From the IMG/VR virus record IMGVR_UViG_3300042898_003763: a stretch of 64,000 nt of DNA. One strand, written 5' to 3'. The translations under genes were made by a program, and so were the position numbers. Positions 39,275-46,714 of the stretch are shown piece after piece (within the stretch, counting starts at the first letter, position 1; every line of letters begins with the position of its first letter). A model generated the notes under the pieces. The model saw nothing but the letters and a program-made list of their open reading frames with translations, searched no databases and had not been told where the DNA came from. Source of the stretch: an uncultured virus (IMG/VR IMGVR_UViG_3300042898_003763). Taxonomy: Duplodnaviria; Heunggongvirae; Uroviricota; Caudoviricetes.

Positions 39275-39882
39275 TAGTTACCTTTTCTTGGGTTTGCCGG
39301 ATATCCAATGTATGGTCTGTGATCATATTTGTAATCCCGATACTTACCTTTTCTATCGACGTAGTGTAGGAATGCTTGTGTTTGTCTAGTACCGGTATAG
39401 GGAGTTCTCCAATGATTAAGTACATCCCCCTTATAAACAATTAAGTCACCTGGTTCCAAGTATATTGCTTTGTGTTCGCCGGTTAAAGTCTCAAACCAAA
39501 TTTCCCATGGTTCTGGATCATTTGAAATGCAGATAGTAGTGGAATATTCGCAACTTGGCCTATCCTTATGTATTGCCATTTCAGCGCCAGTATAGTATAT
39601 CCTAGCATAAGTATATGTAGGATTAAGCAATTTACCTGTAACTGTTTCTAAAAGGGGTTTAAGTTGAAGAGATAAAGATTCAAAACAAAGAGCAGAATAA
39701 TGAGAATATGAATTCATAATTTGCTCGTCATTGAAAAGAAATTTATTCTCCTCAGTCTGTTGCTTATTATTTTGCATATACTGAAGAGTTTTTACTAGTT
39801 CAAATTCTGTATCTAAATGCACTAGTAAATCTTTTGAAATTGCTCCGCGAACAATTTCATATAAATTTGTCTCAAATTTCAT
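39274..39882 (-). CDS. 2OG-Fe(II) oxygenase
   Basis: PTYTYARIY, HKDRPSCEYS (HxD), HWR, QAFLHYV; start re-called at MKFET behind an AAGGA RBS. Confidence 0.85.
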   Translation of the reverse strand: MKFETNLYEIVRGAISKDLLVHLDTEFELVKTLQYMQNNKQQTEENKFLFNDEQIMNSYSHYSALCFESLSLQLKPLLETVTGKLLNPTYTYARIYYTGAEMAIHKDRPSCEYSTTICISNDPEPWEIWFETLTGEHKAIYLEPGDLIVYKGDVLNHWRTPYTGTRQTQAFLHYVDRKGKYRDYKYDHRPYIGYPANPRKGN

Positions 39883-39904
39883 ATATTTCCTTGATAAAAT
39901 CATA

Positions 39905-40205
39905 TCCGGTTGATTGGATGATAAGGACAACCGGAAAAACCTCAGCGAGTAGCTTACGCTACCATGCGATACGAGTTATCGTTTGCATTTACTATTTTGC
40001 TTGATTTACGGTCATCGCCTACCGAATTGTCTGTATCGTTACTTATTGCCCAATCGAAACCTGGTCATCCCCATCAAAAGCATATTAGTTCTCAGTGACC
40101 GATGCCGTTAAATAACACCGATGTATCTACTATGCTTTTGGTGGAGATGGAGGGAATCGAACCCTCGTCTTGAACACCTTTCAGTCAACTTCTTCCCTTT
40201 CGGGG
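39905..40205 (-). ncRNA. ssrA: Circularly permuted (two-piece) tmRNA; outer ends approximate
   Basis: T-arm GAGGG-TTCGATT-CCCTC and CATCTCC-ACCA (CCA end at 40139) come before the 5' end GGGGATG (40072), with G3.U70; tag ANDNSYRMVA* at 39986-39954. Confidence 0.93.
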
Positions 40206-40206
40206 T

Positions 40207-40320
40207 TTACAATAATTCTTTTACTTCATCCCAAAGTAACCACATTGCTAAATTAATAGTACATATTAGTGTAGTTCCTAGAATGAAACCGACCAAAAAA
40301 TCTCCTGTTTGGTCGCACAT
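40207..40320 (-). CDS. 37-aa putative membrane peptide (not in track)
   Basis: MCDQTGDFLVGFILGTTLICTINLAMWLLWDEVKELL*; ATG abuts the upstream stop. Confidence 0.55.
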   Translation of the reverse strand: MCDQTGDFLVGFILGTTLICTINLAMWLLWDEVKELL

Positions 40321-40479
40321 TTATTCTGTTTCACGTAACACACATCTAGCAATAATATCATTTCTGTTTTTTACTATAGCAGTTGCTGCTTCCCAACATT
40401 CTTCAAATCTAGGATATGATTTCCACTCTTGTTCTACATCTTGAGATAGTAGTACTACAAATAAAACATAAACAGACAT
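40321..40479 (-). CDS. 52-aa hypothetical protein (not in track)
   Basis: GGAG RBS; MSVYVLFVVLL...EECWEA...ARCVLRETE*. Confidence 0.65.
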   Translation of the reverse strand: MSVYVLFVVLLSQDVEQEWKSYPRFEECWEAATAIVKNRNDIIARCVLRETE

Positions 40480-40498
40480 ATTAGTCTCCGCTATTTAT

Positions 40499-41158
40499 TT
40501 AGATATTAAATTCTTTCCTATATATATCTCTCAAATCTTTAAACCCGTTGATCCACGTGTTTCGTTTTTCTTTAAAAACTAGAATACCGTGATCGTCGGT
40601 TGAAATTATAATTACTAATTGAGAAACCGGATTACCGGTCATCTCCTCATATGCTACCGCATAAGCAGAACATTGCATAAAGTAATCGTGAATATCGTCG
40701 CGTGTTTTATTCCGCTTAGATGTTTTAAAATCTATTACCGATAACTTTCCTTCATATTCACCTATGCAATCTACGGTCCCTGCAATTTGTAAATGATGAG
40801 AAAATAGAGATTTTTCCATAACATGGATATTGTCTATCTTATGTAGGTAGGGTTTAATCTCTGTCCAATTTTGAGTATCGAACACACTAGGAGCAACATC
40901 TTGATTATACAGATATTGCTCACATAATGTATGTATTCGAGTACCTCGTTTACTGGCAGTGGTGCTAATCTTATTAGCTGCATCATTACCTACACGAGCC
41001 CGCCATGCTTTAATTATATCTCGTTTTAATAATCCGGTAACTGTAGTAACAGACGGGTACTTTTCTCCAGTAGGAGTTTCATATGTTCTAACTCCATCTT
41101 CTCGAGTTACCCGATTTAATTTAGGCAATTCCCCTATATCAACGTGAGTAAAAATCAT
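40499..41158 (-). CDS. PD-(D/E)XK (Cas4-like) phage exonuclease
   Basis: YPSVTTV, RGTRIH, AGTVDCI, IDFKTS, YFMQCSAYA. Confidence 0.9.
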   Translation of the reverse strand: MIFTHVDIGELPKLNRVTREDGVRTYETPTGEKYPSVTTVTGLLKRDIIKAWRARVGNDAANKISTTASKRGTRIHTLCEQYLYNQDVAPSVFDTQNWTEIKPYLHKIDNIHVMEKSLFSHHLQIAGTVDCIGEYEGKLSVIDFKTSKRNKTRDDIHDYFMQCSAYAVAYEEMTGNPVSQLVIIISTDDHGILVFKEKRNTWINGFKDLRDIYRKEFNI

Positions 41159-41514
41159 ACAAATCTAGTTAAATTTGGCGGAGTCCAGTTTGCAGGTTTT
41201 AAAATTTTACCATCGTCTCTTCGCAAAACCATACCTGTATTAGAATCAATTTTGGAGAGGTTGCTTCGTGCAACCTCTTCCCATGCACCTTTAATGTCAA
41301 ATTTCTTCATATGGCAATAACCGAGGATAACCCAGATCATATCCATGCACGCATCTAGTTGCTCTACATTGTCATTCTCTTTATAAGCTACTAAGAATTC
41401 ATTAAATTCTTCTTCAATTAATTTTGCGTATAAACTAACATTTTCATCTGTCGATTCTGTTTGTTGACAGGCTAGTAGAAACATTTTAACATCTAACTGC
41501 ATTGACATGATCAC
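41155..41514 (-). CDS. MazG-like / PRA-PH NTP pyrophosphohydrolase
   Basis: LIEEEFNE, LDACMD, EVARSNLSK, RRDDGKILKP..W.PP.L. Confidence 0.88.
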   Translation of the reverse strand: MIMSMQLDVKMFLLACQQTESTDENVSLYAKLIEEEFNEFLVAYKENDNVEQLDACMDMIWVILGYCHMKKFDIKGAWEEVARSNLSKIDSNTGMVLRRDDGKILKPANWTPPNLTRFV

Positions 41515-41528
41515 CTCACTAAAAATAT

Positions 41529-41557
41529 ATTATAACATTCTAAGATACAAAAGTCTA
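41529..41557 (-). promoter_or_regulatory. Sigma70-like early promoter
   Basis: TAGACT-N17-TATAAT with extended -10. Confidence 0.75.
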
Positions 41558-41564
41558 TACAAAT

Positions 41565-42416
41565 TTACCCTAAAATCTTCTTTAAGGTTGCCGGACCTGC
41601 AATACCATCTGCTGTAAGACCATTTGATGTTTGCCAGGCCTTTAATGCTTTTTCGGTTCCGGGTCCAAACGATCCATCGGCGGCGAGCCCAAGTTTTTCC
41701 TGAACCTTTTTCACCACTTCGCCTTTACTACCAACCTTAATAGTTTCAAGAACAAGTTCTGTCACAGCTTTACCCACATCTGCCACGGTGCTTCCGCCGA
41801 ATACATCTAATGCATGTTCCCAATGTTTTTTACGATCTTCTAAACCAATCGTACCACCATTGATTCGTTTAGTCATTAGTAGTAAATCTTTTTTATCTGC
41901 AATTTCATTTAGACCATTCTTTTTCCAAAACCAAGCTGCAGACTCAATTGCTCCTGCTAGTGTTTCTAAATACGTAATAGTCTCATCAATAGATTTACCA
42001 ATTGCGGTAGAAAAGGCTTTGTAGTTATCATGTCCCGTTAATTGAATTGCTCCGCGACCTCTGTACTTATACCCGTCACCTGATGCTTCCGGTCCATTTC
42101 CCATTCGCCCGCCGTAAATTTTATTTGCAATTTTCTCGGGTTGTTTTTCATACTTAGCAGCAGTTGCATCATCTGGAAAATATTTAGAAAATGTTGCCCG
42201 CAACCCCTTGGCGCCATAATTTAAATTTTCTTTAAGTACCGTAAATTCATTTGATTCATGTCCACATTGTGCGAGGAATCCTGCTACTCGTTCCTTTGTG
42301 GTAATATCATATTTAGGTAAAACAGTCTCTAACGCTTTAAATAAGTCGTTTGGATTCTTATTGTTCGGTACACATTTTTTTAATTTGTCCGCCGTAAAGT
42401 CAAAGCTAAATGCCAT
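41565..42416 (-). CDS. Endolysin: GH19 chitinase-like domain plus C-terminal peptidoglycan-binding domain
   Basis: FLAQCGHES, ENLNY, YRGRGAIQLTG..NY, SAAWFW, TKRINGG..GL.DR; ADGSFGPGTE..WQ..GLTADGIAGPAT. Confidence 0.93.
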   Translation of the reverse strand: MAFSFDFTADKLKKCVPNNKNPNDLFKALETVLPKYDITTKERVAGFLAQCGHESNEFTVLKENLNYGAKGLRATFSKYFPDDATAAKYEKQPEKIANKIYGGRMGNGPEASGDGYKYRGRGAIQLTGHDNYKAFSTAIGKSIDETITYLETLAGAIESAAWFWKKNGLNEIADKKDLLLMTKRINGGTIGLEDRKKHWEHALDVFGGSTVADVGKAVTELVLETIKVGSKGEVVKKVQEKLGLAADGSFGPGTEKALKAWQTSNGLTADGIAGPATLKKILG

Positions 42417-42426
42417 TCAATTCTCC

Positions 42427-42978
42427 TTATACTTCAGTATATTGTTTATTAGTTGTAAACCAAATAGGCAATGTATATCTTGTTCCTACTACGGTGCTAA
42501 CACCGTGTTTATGTTTAAGGCCAGATGGATACAATGCTAATTTTCCCTTCATTGGTTTTATGAATAGAGGTCCGTGTTCTGGGAAGAAAGTTTCTCCCCC
42601 CATAAAATCATCATTTAGGTAAAGTACTCCTGAGTAATTTCGCCATCCGCAATAATTTGGATTGCCCTCTAGGTCACTATTATCTGCATGGACAACCATG
42701 CCTGAACCACTTTCCCATAATACCAATGCAGTGTAATCGGGGTATAAGTATTCCTCTTGAAATAAACGCCTAGCTTCACTTGTAGCATTATATTTAAATG
42801 TACTTACTATTCGTTTAATATCATAATTTTGAATATTACTATAGTCAATTGCCTTACCATTGAAGAGAGATTGTCCGTTAGTGCTCATTTTTGGAGTACT
42901 TGCAAACCATCTTACGATGTTATCGCATTCGTCTTCAGTTAAAAAATTCTCAATTTCATATATTTGATTCATACTCAT
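42427..42978 (-). CDS. 2OG-Fe(II) oxygenase (prolyl-4-hydroxylase-like)
   Basis: ENFLT..EC, HAD, LYLNDDF.GGET.F, H.V..V.GTRY. Confidence 0.88.
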   Translation of the reverse strand: MSMNQIYEIENFLTEDECDNIVRWFASTPKMSTNGQSLFNGKAIDYSNIQNYDIKRIVSTFKYNATSEARRLFQEEYLYPDYTALVLWESGSGMVVHADNSDLEGNPNYCGWRNYSGVLYLNDDFMGGETFFPEHGPLFIKPMKGKLALYPSGLKHKHGVSTVVGTRYTLPIWFTTNKQYTEV

Positions 42979-42991
42979 ACCTTCTCCTATT

Positions 42992-43750
42992 TTATGCCGC
43001 TTCGTAAGTACTTTCGTATTGAAGCCTTGCCAATATATATTCCTTTACTATCGCTGATCTTACAATGTCATCAACACCAAATTCAAAAGTTTTGAAGCTA
43101 GGCATCATATCTGCGATTCGCATAAACTTCTTCAATCCCGACATATCGGTTTTCTTATACAAATCTGTTTGTCTAAAATCTCCACAGAATATAATTTTTG
43201 ATTTTTCTCCTACTCTAGTGATAATCGAATTAAGTTCCATGTCAGTCATATTTTGGCATTCATCTACAATAATGACTGAGTTATCTAATGTAATACCTCG
43301 AACATATGATGTAATTAAAAATTGTATTGCCTTTTGTTCTGTTAATCTTTGATATGCATCTGCACGATTAAATAAATCTGAGCATATCTCCACATAGGGC
43401 TCTGTGTATACTTCAGTTTTTTCCTTCTCGTCTCCAGGTAAATGTCCAATGTCTCTGCTTGGCACGGCAGATCTTACTATTACTACCTTTTCATAACTGT
43501 TATTAGATTTATCTAAAACTTCTTCTATTGCATGATAAAGCGCAATATAGGTTTTACCTGTACCGGCGATACCGTGTAATAACATAATCTTAGATTTATC
43601 GTAGGCTTCAAAAAATCCTTTCTGATTTTCAGTTAGTGGTTCTATTACCTTAAGGTCATCTATTCGTATTTTAAGTTTAGTATTATTTGCAATAGTCAGT
43701 TGAGGTTTCTGAATAGATTGAGTTTGAATATTGCTTTTTGTTTTTGCCAT
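42992..43750 (-). CDS. phoH: PhoH family ATPase
   Basis: GIAGTGKT, IGHLPG, RGITL, IVDECQN, ITRVG, CGDFRQTDL, DIVRS. Confidence 0.95.
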   Translation of the reverse strand: MAKTKSNIQTQSIQKPQLTIANNTKLKIRIDDLKVIEPLTENQKGFFEAYDKSKIMLLHGIAGTGKTYIALYHAIEEVLDKSNNSYEKVVIVRSAVPSRDIGHLPGDEKEKTEVYTEPYVEICSDLFNRADAYQRLTEQKAIQFLITSYVRGITLDNSVIIVDECQNMTDMELNSIITRVGEKSKIIFCGDFRQTDLYKKTDMSGLKKFMRIADMMPSFKTFEFGVDDIVRSAIVKEYILARLQYESTYEAA

Positions 43751-43776
43751 GAATGCCCTCGTAAAATGGAACGAAA

Positions 43777-43801
43777 GGAGGACAGCTAGATTCTGTCCTC
43801 C
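43777..43801 (-). terminator. Strong hairpin between the FmdB-like gene and phoH; possible terminator or processing site
   Basis: 9-bp stem GGAGGACAG/CTGTCCTCC with a 7-nt loop, followed by TTTCGTT on the minus strand. Confidence 0.55.
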
Positions 43802-43830
43802 AAACCGATTAAAACAAGAATTGCCATAAT

Positions 43831-44091
43831 TTAATTTCTACTCAATTTATCTTTAAGATTAGCTTTTCTACCATTAGCAGAGTTAATTTTTGATAGTACT
43901 TCTCGAAACCCATTATCAACAGTTCTTATACCTAGCCGCACGGGATCTCCCAAAGCAGCCATGCCTGCGTGATGTGTTTTGTAATTGTTTGAATCGCATG
44001 ACGGGCAAACTTGCGATTCCCTTTCGGATATCTTACACATGACGTTAAACACGGTGTCGCACTCAGAACATCTAAAATCGTAAAATGGCAT
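43831..44091 (-). CDS. FmdB-family zinc-ribbon protein
   Basis: MPFYDFRCSEC...CPSC. Confidence 0.88.
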   Translation of the reverse strand: MPFYDFRCSECDTVFNVMCKISERESQVCPSCDSNNYKTHHAGMAALGDPVRLGIRTVDNGFREVLSKINSANGRKANLKDKLSRN

Positions 44092-44197
44092 TTATCAACT
44101 CCCTATACATTATATATTACCTATGAAACCTTAAAGAACAAACAATGTCTGGTTACGAGTTCCAGAAGCACTCTATCGTGTGCTCGATTTTAACACT

Positions 44198-45601
44198 TTA
44201 GAAACTAATTTGACTTCTTAGCATAATTGCTTTTTCGCCGTTTACTCTACTACCTGTTGCGCCAACTGGGGAGTTAAATTTGGTATCTACATAATTAAGC
44301 ATGAATCGAACATTGTCATTTAAGAACCAAGTAATACCATATGTCATTGCTGTAGCCTGGTTAGCTTTGCCTGATACTACCGCAATTTTTTCAGCATCAA
44401 ATTCACTGGATCTAATACCCACTTGCCATGCCCCAGGACCGCCGCTGGTAAATGCGTTGTTTGGTTTAATCCAACCAAATGTGCCATCTTTGTAAGCATG
44501 ACTTTCGCCGGTTAAATTGTATACCAACTGAACATAGTTACCTTTTACTTCTTGATTGGATCCTGTAGCCGGGTCATATTTGTAATTAAATTGCTCTCCC
44601 TGTACTTTTAATCCTTTCCAAGCAAACGCTGCCTCAATACCTTGGCGTGTTCTTGCAGTGTCGCCGCTTAGAGCTGGCCCTGTGAACCAAGCACTTTGTT
44701 GACGAGCTTCAGTACGCCCACTTGAAGGAGTTACTCCAGTTTTTACATCGCCGGTACTGTATGCTGCACCTAAATGAGCCACAAAGTCTTTGTTCTGAAT
44801 TAACTCAGCAAAGTTTGTAGTTATACGTCCAATAAAATCTACACCATCTACGGTGGCAGTTTTATTAGCACGTCCACGGCTTGCAGCTAATGCATAAGTT
44901 ATACCTGCTCTAGGGACACCATGTAACATGATACCCGTTTCTTTAGCCGGAATAAACTCACCCTCTGTTTGTCCAATTAAACTGCGTTCCATAAAGTCAA
45001 TGTTGTTAGAGCTGGTCAATTGCTCAAGACTGAAAGGCATTTTGAACGTACCAAACTGAAGTTGCATAGCAGGATTTGCTGCATAATTCACCCAGAATTC
45101 ATCTATTGTGGATGTGGTAGAACTTGCACCAACATCATTTCCAAAGTTTGCTAGTAATTGATATTTGAAGTCTTTAGCAATCTGTCCCCTAACTCCAAAG
45201 CGACCTCGTCTGACTTCTAGCGCATCTTGATACGAGTCTGCGGTTTGGCCTGCACCGTAGGCTGGACTATAACTTCTATAATCCATGTGAATTCTACCTG
45301 TGAATTGTGCAGTGGTATTTCCGTCTTTGGATTTGATTCCAAGTCCGTTTTCCATTACAGCACCATCACTGGCTTTACTTAGTCTGTAGTTGTTGTTGTC
45401 TCGCAAGTCCTTGTCCACACGAGAAGAATTAAACTGTACATTTTCTGCCTTGTCTTCGTGCGCGGTAACTTTTCTATAATGTTCTTCCTTGGTTAATATT
45501 CCTTTTTGCAAAAGAATATCCAAGGTATCTGTGTAATCATCTGCCATTGCAGGTGACGCAAAGCATAGTGCTAAGAGAGATATAATAGTAATTTTTTTCA
45601 T
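44198..45601 (-). CDS. OprO/OprP-family phosphate-selective porin
   Basis: Signal peptide; GRIHMD, RRGRFGV.G, G.FKMPFSLEQLTSSNNIDFMERS, G.TW.LN..VRFMLNY; C-terminal Phe; start re-called at MKKIT. Confidence 0.9.
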   Translation of the reverse strand: MKKITIISLLALCFASPAMADDYTDTLDILLQKGILTKEEHYRKVTAHEDKAENVQFNSSRVDKDLRDNNNYRLSKASDGAVMENGLGIKSKDGNTTAQFTGRIHMDYRSYSPAYGAGQTADSYQDALEVRRGRFGVRGQIAKDFKYQLLANFGNDVGASSTTSTIDEFWVNYAANPAMQLQFGTFKMPFSLEQLTSSNNIDFMERSLIGQTEGEFIPAKETGIMLHGVPRAGITYALAASRGRANKTATVDGVDFIGRITTNFAELIQNKDFVAHLGAAYSTGDVKTGVTPSSGRTEARQQSAWFTGPALSGDTARTRQGIEAAFAWKGLKVQGEQFNYKYDPATGSNQEVKGNYVQLVYNLTGESHAYKDGTFGWIKPNNAFTSGGPGAWQVGIRSSEFDAEKIAVVSGKANQATAMTYGITWFLNDNVRFMLNYVDTKFNSPVGATGSRVNGEKAIMLRSQISF

Positions 45602-45609
45602 AATAATCC

Positions 45610-46635
45610 TTATTTCCAAATTGCCTGACCGCTAGGATCTTTAAGTTCTTTTTTCCAATTGTCCTGCACTAGTTTAATCACTGAAACTGGCATATGCACA
45701 TACTCTAATTCTTCACTCATCTTGGAACCGTTTCTATAGCTCCAGTCAAAGAATTTTAGTATTGCACGACCCGTTAATAGATCGGCCTGTTGCTTGTGCA
45801 TTATGATAAAGCTGGCACCTGTTGCTGGCCATGAATCTTTACCAATCTGATTCGTTAACAACAAATACATTCCTGGGGCATTGTTCCAATCTGCATTGGC
45901 AGCTGCCGCTTTAAATGCATCGTCGCTCGGCTGAACAAAGTTTCCATCGCGGTTCTTTAGTTGAGCATGAGCAATTTTGTTCTTTTTAGCATACGCATAT
46001 TCTACATAACCAAATGAACCTTTGATTCTTTGTACCTGCGCTGCAACACCTTCGTTACCTTTGCCGCCAATACCCACCGGCCACTTGACTGCTGTAGCAG
46101 CACCAACTACTTTACCAAACTCTGCGTTAGTTTTGCTTAGATAATCACACCAAATAAATGTTGTACCTGATCCATCAGCGCGATGTACCACTGTTATTGC
46201 CTGTGCAGGTAAAGTAATGCCAGGATTTAAACTGGTAATGGCCTGATCGTTCCACTTGGTAATTTTACCCAAATGGATATTGGCAATGACATCACTTGTA
46301 AGTTTCAATTGCCCCGGAGCAATACCATCTAGGTTTACTACTGGAACTACACCGCCAATAATGGCTGGGAATTGCATTAGACCTTCTTTTTCTAGATCCT
46401 CCGGTTTCAATGGCATGTCAGACGCACCAAAGTCAACGGTTTTGGCTTTGATTTGCTTGATGCCGCCGCCGGAGCCGATTGACTGATAATTGAGGCCGAT
46501 GCCAGTAGCTGCCTTGTAAGCTTCTGCCCACTTTGAGTAAATAGGGTACGGAAATGTAGCCCCCGCTCCTGTTAAATCTGCTGCCGATACCAATGTAGAA
46601 ACTGCTAATAACAATACTGCTAATAATTTTTTCAT
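45610..46635 (-). CDS. pstS: Phosphate ABC transporter substrate-binding protein
   Basis: GAGATFPYP, NYQSIGSGGG, VDFGASD, HRADGSGTT, GKGNEGV, GYVEY. Confidence 0.97.
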   Translation of the reverse strand: MKKLLAVLLLAVSTLVSAADLTGAGATFPYPIYSKWAEAYKAATGIGLNYQSIGSGGGIKQIKAKTVDFGASDMPLKPEDLEKEGLMQFPAIIGGVVPVVNLDGIAPGQLKLTSDVIANIHLGKITKWNDQAITSLNPGITLPAQAITVVHRADGSGTTFIWCDYLSKTNAEFGKVVGAATAVKWPVGIGGKGNEGVAAQVQRIKGSFGYVEYAYAKKNKIAHAQLKNRDGNFVQPSDDAFKAAAANADWNNAPGMYLLLTNQIGKDSWPATGASFIIMHKQQADLLTGRAILKFFDWSYRNGSKMSEELEYVHMPVSVIKLVQDNWKKELKDPSGQAIWK

Positions 46636-46674
46636 TTAATCTCCTATTGTCAACATGACGCTAATATCTATAAG

Positions 46675-46714
46675 GCAACAAAACTGAAACAATTCTGAAA
46701 CAAAACTGTAACAA
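46675..46714 (-). promoter_or_regulatory. Pho-box-like array of four 11-bp-periodic half-sites
   Basis: TTGTTAC-agtt-TTGTTTC-agaa-TTGTTTC-agtt-TTGTTGC, 40-79 nt upstream of pstS. Confidence 0.7.

Noticed and set aside
39883..39930. N-terminal extension of the 2OG oxygenase given in the ORF track
   Set aside because: It overlaps the tmRNA terminal hairpin; the ATG at 39882 has an AAGGA RBS.
40139..40176. Possible stand-alone tRNA gene
   Set aside because: It has a T-arm and CCA but no upstream 5' acceptor strand or anticodon arm; its partner strand lies downstream, as expected for a permuted tmRNA.
40121..40444. Plus-strand 107-aa ORF containing WWRWRESNP
   Set aside because: Typical translation of the reverse complement of a tRNA-like T-arm/acceptor end; it is the shadow of the tmRNA and two small minus-strand ORFs.
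40499..41158. Cas4-like nuclease as a sign of CRISPR-Cas
   Set aside because: No repeat-spacer array or other cas genes were seen; solo PD-(D/E)XK exonucleases are routine in T4-like phages.
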